The translations under genes were made by a program, and so were the position numbers. Shown here piece after piece: positions 9,910 through 19,663 of a stretch of 64,000 nucleotides of DNA. Source of the DNA: a bacterium (lineage in GTDB: Bacteria > Patescibacteriota > Minisyncoccia > UBA6257 > JAGOQP01); the NCBI GenBank assembly GCA_021812345.1, contig JAKANP010000001.1, positions 54,979-118,978 of the forward strand, given 5' to 3'. Under the pieces are notes generated by a model, which saw nothing but the letters and a program-made list of their open reading frames with translations, did not search any database and had not been told where the DNA came from. The stretch's first letter is position 1. The number at the start of each line of letters is the position of its first letter.

Positions 9910-11820
9910 TTATTTTAGTTTGTAAATAAAAATCGAAGTTCCGGCTCTAGCATAAGGATTCTGATAATTATTTATCCATGGGTAAGAATCTTCCTGGTTA
10001 ATCTGATAGTTGTTAGTCGGATTAGCCTTTGCCGATTCTATTGAGTTTATTGATACCGCATACCAATCAATTCCTTGACTACTCGGATCTCCTTTGGCTG
10101 AATTCCATTCGACTGCTTTATCTTTCAGATAATATTCGACATTTCCTCCGCCAAAATAATCCACTGCTATTTTTTGTATATTATTTTTATCCACAAAATC
10201 TTTTAGCCGCTTAAGATCCTGTCCCCAATCATAATTGGAATCGGTGGCGATTTTATATCCATTCCAAATACCTCCTCCAAAATAATTATAGTAGGAAAGA
10301 AAATACGGATAAGCCGATACGGTATCGGCAATTAACCAAATAGATATTAAAAAAATAGCAAAAATTTTCAAAGATTTTTTTAAAAAAGTTTTAAAAGCGG
10401 ATGAAATTTTATTTATTGTTGAAATATATTCAAAATCCGGTTTTGAGTTAAACCATTTTTTTATTGAACTGGCGGAAAGAATATATAAAAACGGCAAAGT
10501 AGGGAGCACATGCCTAAGACCTATGTTGAGGTTGCTCCTTACGCTATAGAACCAATAAAACAAAACCATTGCAATCATCGAAAATTCGTAGAAATTAAAT
10601 TCAAGATAATTAAACAATCTTTTTCTTTTTTTATCTTTGGCGTTATCAAAAAATCTCTTAATTGCCAGATATAATCCCAATACAATTGTTATTAAAATCG
10701 GTATCGGCTCCTTCGTTAAAAATAATATCGGAAAATAATACCACCATCCGGATGAGCTTATATTGCCCATAAAATAAGAAGTGTTGCCCCCGGCCGCTCT
10801 CTGGATAACCATAAGAATCCCTAAAATATATTGGCCGAATCCTCTTAGTATGGGTTTAGATGACATCCAAATATCAATATCAGCTATGCATCTTAGTCCG
10901 ATTTGATTTGGCAAACATTTTGACCAACTCGGATCCGGTCCTCCCGAAAAAGAATTCAATAAAAAAACGGTATCCGAGTTTTGTTTTGGTATTGGATAGT
11001 TGAATGTAAACAAAACATAAACAGCCCAAACCAATATATAACCGATAACCAAAATTTTAATAAACGAAAGAAAATATTCCCATAAAACTTTCAATGATTT
11101 TTTTGAAAATATCTTATATTCCAATTCGTTTGATTTGAGCCACCATTTGACCAGAGTCAATAACAAAAACAACGGCACCAGAATAACAGTCGAAAATTTC
11201 AGAAGTTGTGAAATGCCAAATACTATTCCCGCTATCCAAAATGTTTTTTTGTTGGGAGAGGTAAGATATTTGGCATAAGCCCAAATTCCTATAAGAAAAC
11301 CCAAAGCGGCGCCAACATCGGTAGTTACATAATGTCCATTAGCTAAAAAATTAGGAGAAAGACCGACAAAAAACGAAGGCAACAGAGCCCAAATCGGCCC
11401 CATGATTTCTTTTGCCCAAAAATAAACCAAGATTATAAAAATCAAAGTTAGAATTATAGGAAACAATCTTGCCAAAAATATTATTAAATCCGCTTTTTGT
11501 CCGTTATCTTTATAAAGAAAATCGGTTCCGGCGTTCCATTGGCTGTTAACATCCGATGTCCATAATGATTGATTGGTTGGAAAATTGAGTCCTAAAAAAA
11601 GAAGCGGAGTTGCCGCAAGCGCTTTTAACAAGGGAGGATGTTCGGGATTCAGGCGATAATCAAGATATCTTACATAACTATAGCCGGCAGGAATGTGGGC
11701 TAATTCATCCATAACGGCGGAATCTTGGCTTGAAACTTTAAGCATTAAAAATCCCGATGAAATTACAATCAAAGATAAAATGATTAAACCAAAAGAATTG
11801 GCGGAAAGCGCTTTTTTCAT
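9910..11820 (-). CDS. GT-C (ArnT/PMT-like) membrane glycosyltransferase
   Basis: MDELAHIPAG, NPEHPPL, TTD, RHVLP, DSNYDWGQD; many TMs. Confidence 0.8.
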   Translation of the reverse strand: MKKALSANSFGLIILSLIVISSGFLMLKVSSQDSAVMDELAHIPAGYSYVRYLDYRLNPEHPPLLKALAATPLLFLGLNFPTNQSLWTSDVNSQWNAGTDFLYKDNGQKADLIIFLARLFPIILTLIFIILVYFWAKEIMGPIWALLPSFFVGLSPNFLANGHYVTTDVGAALGFLIGIWAYAKYLTSPNKKTFWIAGIVFGISQLLKFSTVILVPLFLLLTLVKWWLKSNELEYKIFSKKSLKVLWEYFLSFIKILVIGYILVWAVYVLFTFNYPIPKQNSDTVFLLNSFSGGPDPSWSKCLPNQIGLRCIADIDIWMSSKPILRGFGQYILGILMVIQRAAGGNTSYFMGNISSSGWWYYFPILFLTKEPIPILITIVLGLYLAIKRFFDNAKDKKRKRLFNYLEFNFYEFSMIAMVLFYWFYSVRSNLNIGLRHVLPTLPFLYILSASSIKKWFNSKPDFEYISTINKISSAFKTFLKKSLKIFAIFLISIWLIADTVSAYPYFLSYYNYFGGGIWNGYKIATDSNYDWGQDLKRLKDFVDKNNIQKIAVDYFGGGNVEYYLKDKAVEWNSAKGDPSSQGIDWYAVSINSIESAKANPTNNYQINQEDSYPWINNYQNPYARAGTSIFIYKLK

Positions 11821-11869
11821 GTTTTTGAATTATACAACAAATTATTTATTTATGTTAATATTGATAAAA

Positions 11870-12226
11870 ATGTTTAAATTTCCCGTTTCTGAAAAATACA
11901 TTTGGACCAGGCATGCTCAAGCTAAAATGGCTTATTATAAGATTTCCCCGTCCCGAGTGAAAAGAATTATAAAAACTCCTAAAAGGATTGAAGAGGGAAT
12001 TGCCACAGGAACCAAAGCTTTTATGCAGCCCATTTCTTATAAATTTAAAGATGGGAAAAAAATATGGAGTCAGGAATATTGGGTTATGGTAGCCGATAAA
12101 AATATAAAAGACAAAAATAAAATTAAAATTATTTCGGCTTGGAGATATCCCGCGGTAACTAAGCCGGGAGTGCCTTTGCCCAAACAAATACTTGATGAAA
12201 TTGCCGAAGCTTTAATTAATTTATAA
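11870..12226 (+). CDS. hypothetical protein, DUF4258/BrnT-like
   Basis: WTRHAQAKM...KIISAWRYP pattern; ATG at 11870 avoids overlap with the divergent gene. Confidence 0.6.
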   Translation: MFKFPVSEKYIWTRHAQAKMAYYKISPSRVKRIIKTPKRIEEGIATGTKAFMQPISYKFKDGKKIWSQEYWVMVADKNIKDKNKIKIISAWRYPAVTKPGVPLPKQILDEIAEALINL

Positions 12227-12265
12227 AACTTGTTTTTTAGGGGATTTTATAAGATTATTATAATT

Positions 12266-13528
12266 ATGGAAAATAATAAATTAGTTTTGGAAAAATTATC
12301 TGAAGTTTTTTTTAACCGATTTTTTGAAAATTGGAAAAATATTTCCGTCTCCGACTTTTTGGATTTTTTAAAACCCAAAATAGAACAAGCCATTACTTTT
12401 GATGAATTTAAAAAGCAGATCTCTCTTAAAGAGAAGAGCAATATCAAATTTGGTATCGACCCCACCGGTCCGGATGTTCATTTAGGGCATCTTTTGCCGA
12501 TAATGGTATTAAGGCAGTTTCAGAAAGCCGGTCATCAGATTCATCTTATAATAGGAGATTTTACGGCGACAATTGGCGATCCCAGCGGCAGAAACGACCA
12601 AAGGCCTCCGCTTACCGAAAATCAGGTTAAGATTAATTCCAAAACTTATTTTTCTCAAATCGGAAAATTCATTGATATTAAAAAATCAAAAAAACACAGG
12701 AACTCCAAATGGTTAAACAAGCTTTCTTTTAAAAATATTTTAATAGATTTAAAAAATCTTAATTTTTCGGAAATTATTCAAAGAGAAGATTTTAGAAATA
12801 GGATAAAACAAGGTCATTCTCTAACGATGGCGGAATTATTATACAGTTATGCTCAGGCGATTGATTCGGTTGAAACAAAAGCCGATGTGGAAATCGGCGG
12901 AAGAGATCAACTGTTAAATTTTGCCCATGCTCGGACAATTATGGGCATAAGAGGATTAAAACCGGAAGTTGTTTTAACCACGCCGGTACTCGAAGGAATT
13001 TTTGGAGATGGAAGAAAAATGAGCAAAAGTTTTGGAAATTACATAGCCGTCAGTTCCTCTTCCGAAGATAAATTCGGAAAAATAATGTCCATGCCTGATT
13101 CCGTTTTGACTATGTATTTTAAGGCCTTTACCGATATAAAAGAGTCCGAAATTGGACAACTTGAAAATTTAATCGAATCTAATCCTTTGGAAGCGAAAAA
13201 ACAACTGGCTCAATTTATTGTTTCTATTGAAAAGAAATCATTAAGCGCAGGATTAAAAGAAAGGAAAAAATTTGAGAATAGATTTTCCAAAAAAAATTAT
13301 GATTCCGACATACAGAAGTTGGAATTCAAAGACGGACAATTTTTATTGGAAGTTTTGTCAAATTGCGGCCAATTTAAAAGTAAATCGGAGATATTCAGGC
13401 TTTTTGAACAAAATGCGATTAAAATGGTCAAACCCGAAGAAAGATTTTTCAGCAGAAATGAAATTGCCGTTGAAGGGGTTTATAAAGTCGGAAAGACAAA
13501 ATTTTTCAAACTGGTAATAAAACAATAA
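12266..13528 (+). CDS. tyrS: tyrosine--tRNA ligase
   Basis: GIDPTGPDVHLGH, IGDPSGR, GGRDQ, KMSKS. Confidence 0.95.
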   Translation: MENNKLVLEKLSEVFFNRFFENWKNISVSDFLDFLKPKIEQAITFDEFKKQISLKEKSNIKFGIDPTGPDVHLGHLLPIMVLRQFQKAGHQIHLIIGDFTATIGDPSGRNDQRPPLTENQVKINSKTYFSQIGKFIDIKKSKKHRNSKWLNKLSFKNILIDLKNLNFSEIIQREDFRNRIKQGHSLTMAELLYSYAQAIDSVETKADVEIGGRDQLLNFAHARTIMGIRGLKPEVVLTTPVLEGIFGDGRKMSKSFGNYIAVSSSSEDKFGKIMSMPDSVLTMYFKAFTDIKESEIGQLENLIESNPLEAKKQLAQFIVSIEKKSLSAGLKERKKFENRFSKKNYDSDIQKLEFKDGQFLLEVLSNCGQFKSKSEIFRLFEQNAIKMVKPEERFFSRNEIAVEGVYKVGKTKFFKLVIKQ

Positions 13529-13529
13529 A

Positions 13530-14540
13530 ATGAAACTTTCTATTGGAATCGTCGGTCTTCCAAATGTCGGCAAGTCCACTCTTTTTAAAGATTTGACTCA
13601 AAACGATATTTTAATCGCCAATTACCCATTTGCTACAATTGACCCGAATGTAGGCATAGTTCCTGTTCCTGATGAGCGTTTGGATATTTTGGATAAATTG
13701 AGTCATTCAAAGAAAAAAATACCGGCAATAGTTGAATTTTATGACATTGCCGGATTGGTTAAAGGCGCAAACGAAGGACAAGGGCTTGGCAATCAGTTTT
13801 TATCTCACATAAGAGAGACGGACGCCATAGTGCAAGTTGTAAGATGTTTTAACTCCGGAGAAATAATTCACGTTGAGAATACCGTTGACCCAAAAAGAGA
13901 CATAGACATCATAAATACCGAATTGATTTTAAGAGATTTGGACACTGTTGAAAAAAGAATTGGCAAATTGGAAGGGGAAGCTCGAACAGGCGATAAAACA
14001 AAAATAAAAGAACTTGAAATTGTCAGGCATCTTAATAAACAACTTTCTGATAATAAGCCGATTTATTTTTTGGAAAAGGAAATTATAGAAAATCCGTCGG
14101 TCAAATCTTTAAATCTTTTGACGGCAAAGCCTCAAATATTTTTACTTAACGGCAATCAGGAAGATGTCTCGAAAGAACTTGAAGATAAAATAAAAAACGA
14201 ATTAAAATCCGATTATATAATCTCGGATTTGGGAACTGGCCCCGACTTGTCCGTTTTAATTAAAAAAACTTATCAAATTTTGAATTTAATAAGTTTTTTT
14301 ACGACCGGAGAAGACGAAACAAGGGCTTGGACTATTATTAACGGATGGAAAGCGCCTCAAGCGGCCGGAACCATTCATACCGATTTTGAAAATAAATTTA
14401 TCAGAGCGGAGGTGGTTTTTTGGAAAGACCTGGTTGATGCGGGAGGTTGGTCGCAGGCAAAACAAAAAGGCAAGCTCCGTTTAGAAGGAAAAGATTACGC
14501 AATTAAAGACGGAGATGTTATGGTTATCAGGCATGGATAA
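13530..14540 (+). CDS. ychF: ATPase YchF
   Basis: GLPNVGKST, NYPFATIDPN, DIAGLVKGA, GLGNQFL, AGTIHTDF. Confidence 0.97.
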   Translation: MKLSIGIVGLPNVGKSTLFKDLTQNDILIANYPFATIDPNVGIVPVPDERLDILDKLSHSKKKIPAIVEFYDIAGLVKGANEGQGLGNQFLSHIRETDAIVQVVRCFNSGEIIHVENTVDPKRDIDIINTELILRDLDTVEKRIGKLEGEARTGDKTKIKELEIVRHLNKQLSDNKPIYFLEKEIIENPSVKSLNLLTAKPQIFLLNGNQEDVSKELEDKIKNELKSDYIISDLGTGPDLSVLIKKTYQILNLISFFTTGEDETRAWTIINGWKAPQAAGTIHTDFENKFIRAEVVFWKDLVDAGGWSQAKQKGKLRLEGKDYAIKDGDVMVIRHG

Positions 14541-14558
14541 AAAATTAATAAAATACTC

Positions 14559-14831
14559 ATGAGCAGAATTTTAAGGAATATAAATAATGAACTTCCGCCA
14601 AAAATTTCAAACGAAAAAGAAGTTTTGGAATTGGTTGAAAATATAAAACAAAAATTTAAAACCGACGATATTGTCAAAATAAATTCGGGCAATGAAGATG
14701 ATGTCTGGAAATTTTTATATGTGGCGACTAAAAATGATTTTGGAAGAGTGGATCCTAAAGTGGTGGTTATGAATCAAAACGAGGAAAGAATGATCATCAA
14801 CCCCAAAGATTTTTTGGATTATCAAAAATAA
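14559..14831 (+). CDS. hypothetical protein
   Basis: 90-aa ATG ORF co-oriented, 18 nt after ychF. Confidence 0.55.
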   Translation: MSRILRNINNELPPKISNEKEVLELVENIKQKFKTDDIVKINSGNEDDVWKFLYVATKNDFGRVDPKVVVMNQNEERMIINPKDFLDYQK

Positions 14832-14899
14832 TTTTTTACTCTTGAAATTTAAAATTTTTTTAAGTAGTATTATTTTTCGCGCAAAGGAGGAAATAACAC

Positions 14900-15157
14900 T
14901 TGCCCGAACAAAAAGAAGTGAAGATGGTTTTTAATTTTCTTCCTTCCGGCACTTCAAGCTGGCTGGAATCAAAATGTCATTGTCCAAATTGCGGAAGTTT
15001 TCTTTTGCAATATCCCAATGATTCAAGAATTATGGCATGTAATAGCCATCATTGCCTTTGTCTTTATGGCAACAAGGATATGGATGTTGAAACCTGCCGT
15101 CAGAAAATTAAAGAAATTTTCGGCAATTCGATATTCCCGAGTATTGTATTTGTTTAA
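14900..15157 (+). CDS. small Cys/His-rich (Zn-finger-like) protein
   Basis: AAGGAGG SD before TTG; CHCPNC and CNSHHCLC; hairpin downstream. Confidence 0.5.
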   Translation: MPEQKEVKMVFNFLPSGTSSWLESKCHCPNCGSFLLQYPNDSRIMACNSHHCLCLYGNKDMDVETCRQKIKEIFGNSIFPSIVFV

Positions 15158-15195
15158 CGCGAAAAATTGCACACAAACCCTTTTAAAAAGGGTTT

Positions 15196-16755
15196 TTATT
15201 TTGGCTCAAGATATAAAACAACGGCATTTTTATCGTTGATTTCTTTTTCTTGAGATGGAAGTAAATAATAAATATTTTTCTCTTTTTGTTTTTCTTGAGT
15301 AAAGGTGTCGGTTATAAACATAATTGTTTCTGCCGGCATCGGTATTCCGTTCACCAAAACTCCATCGGCATTAACAATTACATATTTTTTGATGCTTTGC
15401 GGCATTTGATTCAGTTGATTGCCAAGCTGAACATAGTTTTCACTGAAAGCGTTGGCAACGTTGGGATTTTGCGCCCAAAAAATAAAATAGCTCGCATAAG
15501 ATTGAAAGATCAAAAATACTCCCACAATAATCAGAGTTGCGTAAAAAATTTTTTCTTGAGAACATTTCTTTTGAAAATAATTTATAAAAGCCAGAGCGCC
15601 CAATCCGGCAAGCATATATGACGGGGGAATCATAAGGATTGAACGTAAAGCGTGCGGAATTGATTCGTTTGAAAATACGACCGGCAACATTGCCATAAAC
15701 ATCCAAAATATCAATATCCACCAAAAAAATTCAAATTCTTTATTTTTTTCCGATTCCTCGCTTTCATCTTGTTTTTCGCTTAAATTAATAGCAGACGATT
15801 TGATTTTAGGAATCAATGAAAATATTCCGATTATAAAAAATATTCCGACAAACCAATATATTTCCGGGGATCCGGAAATATTGTGCCTCCAATTTGAATC
15901 TCCCTTAAAATCGAACATTCCCAAAGTTTTTATTATATTGGATGATAAATCCTTTAATGGAGATGCGGACGAAGTGATGGATATTTCGGACGTTCTTCCA
16001 AAAAAGTCTCCCGGATTTTTTATAAAATATATTCCCAAAGGAGAAAATACAATCAATGAAGCTATAACGTAAAAAGCAAAACTTGTAAAAATTTTTTTAA
16101 AATCTATTTTATAAATCCATTTATACAGCAAATAAATAAATATGATCAGAATCGGAGTGGCTCTGTAGGCGATATAAGAATACATTCCCAGTCCATAAAT
16201 GCTTCCTCCCAAAACACTCATTAAAATTATTTTTTTGTAATTTATTTTCTGTTCTTTTAATAATTCAAGCGATAAAATCAGTAAATAAATTCCCCACACC
16301 AATATTGCCGGCGCCATTATCGCTCTAAATCCCATTCTTGAAAAATCAACATGCCAAAAACTGATGGCGGTAAAAAACGAAGACAAAAAAGCCACCAAAT
16401 GGGAATATTTTCTTTTTCTGAAGATGTATTGAGTTAAAAGATAAATTCCTAAAATTGTTATCACTCCCCAAAAAGCGCTCTCGCTTCGCAACACCCAAGG
16501 AGCATGAACTTTAAAAATATATAACAAAAATGACTGAATATTGATAAATAATCCTTCCCGCCCGTTATTTTCAGGATAAAAAACTTTGTAATCTCCCGTG
16601 GATAGAGCTTGTGAGGCATTATTTCCGTTGATTGCTTCATCGGGATAGAGTCCCGGCGGAGTAATCGATAAATTGTAGAATCTAAAAAAGATTGCTATAA
16701 TTAAAACCGTAATAAGCCCATATTTTCTGAAGAAAGAATAAAATTTTTCGTTCAT
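15196..16755 (-). CDS. GT-C (PMT/ArnT-like) membrane glycosyltransferase
   Basis: PPGLYPDEA, GREGLF, WHVDFSRMGFR, PHALR; many TMs. Confidence 0.8.
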   Translation of the reverse strand: MNEKFYSFFRKYGLITVLIIAIFFRFYNLSITPPGLYPDEAINGNNASQALSTGDYKVFYPENNGREGLFINIQSFLLYIFKVHAPWVLRSESAFWGVITILGIYLLTQYIFRKRKYSHLVAFLSSFFTAISFWHVDFSRMGFRAIMAPAILVWGIYLLILSLELLKEQKINYKKIILMSVLGGSIYGLGMYSYIAYRATPILIIFIYLLYKWIYKIDFKKIFTSFAFYVIASLIVFSPLGIYFIKNPGDFFGRTSEISITSSASPLKDLSSNIIKTLGMFDFKGDSNWRHNISGSPEIYWFVGIFFIIGIFSLIPKIKSSAINLSEKQDESEESEKNKEFEFFWWILIFWMFMAMLPVVFSNESIPHALRSILMIPPSYMLAGLGALAFINYFQKKCSQEKIFYATLIIVGVFLIFQSYASYFIFWAQNPNVANAFSENYVQLGNQLNQMPQSIKKYVIVNADGVLVNGIPMPAETIMFITDTFTQEKQKEKNIYYLLPSQEKEINDKNAVVLYLEPK

Positions 16756-16780
16756 ACAATAAATTTATATAATAAAACTT

Positions 16781-17176
16781 ATGGATTCAAATATTGTTCA
16801 TAATATCAATTATCACGAGTTGGCTCAAGAAGTTAATGTTAAAAAAGAAGCCTCTCCCGAATTGTCGCATAAAGAAATAGTATCGAATGTTTTGGAAAAA
16901 AGCGGAATGCCTCCGATGTCTCAGCCAATTACGCCCGCTCCTTCGGTAACTCAATCTTCAAACAAAAACGATGATTCAATTTTGCCGGATTATGCGAAGA
17001 AATCCGATCCGGGTATTCAAAATAAAATTCAACATTTGGTGTCTTTAACTTTGGAAAAGGGATTGAAAGAGGGAATTAATTTTGCAAAAAAAGAGGATCC
17101 ATTTGTCATGGACGCCTATCACGATTCTCTTTCGGATGTTTTGGTTGATGAAATGAAAAAAAGAAAACTTATATAA
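16781..17176 (+). CDS. hypothetical protein
   Basis: 131-aa ORF, DPFVMDAYHD; TAATG overlap with the next gene. Confidence 0.7.
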   Translation: MDSNIVHNINYHELAQEVNVKKEASPELSHKEIVSNVLEKSGMPPMSQPITPAPSVTQSSNKNDDSILPDYAKKSDPGIQNKIQHLVSLTLEKGLKEGINFAKKEDPFVMDAYHDSLSDVLVDEMKKRKLI

Positions 17177-19539
17177 TGCAAAGCGTTATTATCACTTTAA
17201 TTATTGTTGTGAGTTTGGCCTCGTTTTTGGGCATAATTTGGTATGTTCTTTTAAAACAACAGAGGGAAAAAATAAAAAAATCTTTAAATTTAAAATTGTT
17301 AACAATCAAAATGCCCCGTCCGGATTTAACGGATTCCAGAGAGCATAATTTCAAAGAAGAAATAAATTTTTCGGAACAGCTTTTCAGTTCTCTTGCCTCG
17401 CTCAAGGAGATGACTGCTTTTGAAGTTGCAGTCCATCATGTCGGCGAGGAAATATTTTTTTATGTGGCGGTTCCTGAAAAAATGGTTTCTTTTATCAGTC
17501 GTCAGATAGAAGGAATTTTTAAGGACTCTCAAGTAACGGCTTCTCCCGAATATAATATTTTTCAACCGGGAGGATTTAACGCCGGATTTTATTTAAAACA
17601 AGACGCTCATTATTCGTTGCCGTTAAGAACTTATCTTGAATCCGAAGCCGATACTTTTTCTCCAATAGTCAGCGGACTTTCTAAAATTAATGAAATTGGT
17701 GAAGGCGCCGTTATCCAAGTTTTAATAAAATCCGCCCCGGAAAGTTATAAGAAAGGCATAGTTTCAATAATAAATTCTTTAAAAAAGGGAGAGAGTTTCA
17801 AAAAAATTGCCTCCACTAAAGCCATCGATTTAAAAGGTTGGGCTGATGTTTTAAAAGATAAAAAACCTGAAGATGATAAAAAACCTTCCATTATCGATGA
17901 AGAATCAATAAAATCGCTTGAAAGAAAAATTTCAAAACCTCTTTTTAAAGTTAATTATCGCGTATTGGTTTCTGCCATCAATCAATTTCAAACGGAGAAT
18001 ATTTTAGACGGTATTGCCGGGTCATTTAATCAATTTGAAGCGCCATTAAAAAATAAATTTAAAATAAATAAAGTAAAAAATTTCCAAAAATTCGCTTATC
18101 AGTTTTCTTTCAGAGATTTTGACGATTCTCAAGCGATGATTTTAAACACCGAAGAGATGGCCGGAATTTTTCACATGCCTTCGTCTTCCACATTATCTCC
18201 AAAGATCAAATGGATAAAATCAAAAGAATCTCCTCCGCCCTCAGAACTTCCCGATAACGGAACTTTGATTGGCCAAAGCAATTTTAGAGGGGAAGTAAAA
18301 CCGGTTTACATAACCGAAAGTGACAGACGCAGACACGTTTATTCTATCGGTCAAACCGGTGTCGGTAAAACAACATTGATGGTGGATATGATTTGGGATG
18401 ATATAAAAAAAGGCAAAGGAGCTTGTTATATTGACCCTCACGGAGATGCCATTGAAACTATTTTAGGATTGATTCCTAAAGAAAGGATGGACGATGTCAT
18501 TGTTTTTGATCCGGGATACACAAAAAAACCTATAGGATTGAACATGCTTGAATACAATTTTGATCATCCCGAAGAAAAAACTTTTATTGTTAACGAAATT
18601 CAGGGAATTTTTAATCGATTGTTTTTAGCTGAAACCATGGGCCCGATGTTTGAACAATATATGCGCAATTCGCTTTTATTGCTGATGGAAGATGCCGTCA
18701 ACGAGCCGGCTACATTTATTGATGTCCCGAGAGTTTTAACCGACGAAGAATTTCGTATTAAAAAATTATCAAGAATTACCAATCCGGTGGTTATAGATTT
18801 TTGGACAAAGGAGGCGAGCAAAGTCGGAGGTGAAGCGTCTTTGGCGAATATGGCTCCGTATATTACTTCCAAATTTAATAATTTTATTGCCAATGATTAT
18901 TTGAGGCCGATTATCGGACAAGCTAAATCGTCTTTTAATTTCAGGCAAATAATGGATGAGAAAAAAATTCTTTTGGTTAATTTATCCAAAGGAAAGATAG
19001 GAGATATCAATGCCGGACTTCTTGGAATGATAATCACGGGAAAATTGCTTATGGCGGCGCTTTCTCGGGTGGATATGGCCGAATCGGAAAGAAATGATTT
19101 TTATCTTCACATCGACGAGTTTCAAAACTTTACCACCGATTCCATTTCCACTATTTTATCGGAAGCCAGAAAGTATCGTCTTAACTTGAATATAACCCAT
19201 CAATTTATTGCTCAGCTTGAAGAAAAAATAAGAGATTCTGTTTTTGGAAACGTCGGTTCTATGGTTGTTTTCAGAGTTGGCGCTCAGGATGCGGAATTTT
19301 TAATCAAGCAATTTGAACCCGTGTTTACGCAATCGGATTTGATGAATATAGACAACTTTAATGCTTACGCCAAAATTTTGATTAACAATCAAACGTCCAA
19401 GCCGTTTAATATGAAAACGGTAATGTATCCCAAGCCGGATGTTGAGCTGGCTCAAAAAATAAAAGAGCTTTCTTTCTTAAAATACGGAAAAGACAGAGTG
19501 GAAGTAGAAAAAGAAATTATGGAAAAACTGAGAAGTTGA
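17176..19539 (+). CDS. TM-anchored TraD/VirD4/HerA-like P-loop ATPase
   Basis: N-terminal TM, DRRRH, Walker A GQTGVGKT, IDPHGD, Walker B IDEFQNF, SEARKY. Confidence 0.85.
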   Translation: MQSVIITLIIVVSLASFLGIIWYVLLKQQREKIKKSLNLKLLTIKMPRPDLTDSREHNFKEEINFSEQLFSSLASLKEMTAFEVAVHHVGEEIFFYVAVPEKMVSFISRQIEGIFKDSQVTASPEYNIFQPGGFNAGFYLKQDAHYSLPLRTYLESEADTFSPIVSGLSKINEIGEGAVIQVLIKSAPESYKKGIVSIINSLKKGESFKKIASTKAIDLKGWADVLKDKKPEDDKKPSIIDEESIKSLERKISKPLFKVNYRVLVSAINQFQTENILDGIAGSFNQFEAPLKNKFKINKVKNFQKFAYQFSFRDFDDSQAMILNTEEMAGIFHMPSSSTLSPKIKWIKSKESPPPSELPDNGTLIGQSNFRGEVKPVYITESDRRRHVYSIGQTGVGKTTLMVDMIWDDIKKGKGACYIDPHGDAIETILGLIPKERMDDVIVFDPGYTKKPIGLNMLEYNFDHPEEKTFIVNEIQGIFNRLFLAETMGPMFEQYMRNSLLLLMEDAVNEPATFIDVPRVLTDEEFRIKKLSRITNPVVIDFWTKEASKVGGEASLANMAPYITSKFNNFIANDYLRPIIGQAKSSFNFRQIMDEKKILLVNLSKGKIGDINAGLLGMIITGKLLMAALSRVDMAESERNDFYLHIDEFQNFTTDSISTILSEARKYRLNLNITHQFIAQLEEKIRDSVFGNVGSMVVFRVGAQDAEFLIKQFEPVFTQSDLMNIDNFNAYAKILINNQTSKPFNMKTVMYPKPDVELAQKIKELSFLKYGKDRVEVEKEIMEKLRS

Positions 19540-19582
19540 CGGCTTTATTTTGATTTGTTTTTATTGTATATTTTTTACGCTT

Positions 19583-19655
19583 GCCACCTTAGCTCAGCTG
19601 GTAGAGCAGCGCTTTCGTAAAGCGAAGATCCGCGGTTCAAATCCGCGAGGTGGCT
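19583..19655 (+). tRNA. tRNA-Thr(CGT)
   Basis: GCCACCT/AGGTGGC acceptor stem, AGCTCAGCTGGTAGAGC D-arm, loop TTCGTAA, GGTTCAAATCC. Confidence 0.93.
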
Positions 19656-19663
19656 CAAAACCT

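Noticed and set aside
17176-19655. Integrative conjugative element at tRNA-Thr
   Set aside because: No integrase, relaxase, VirB genes or att duplication seen; flanked by housekeeping genes
19550-19663. N-terminal part of the 62-aa ORF
   Set aside because: It runs through tRNA-Thr; the real prfB start is ATG 19664
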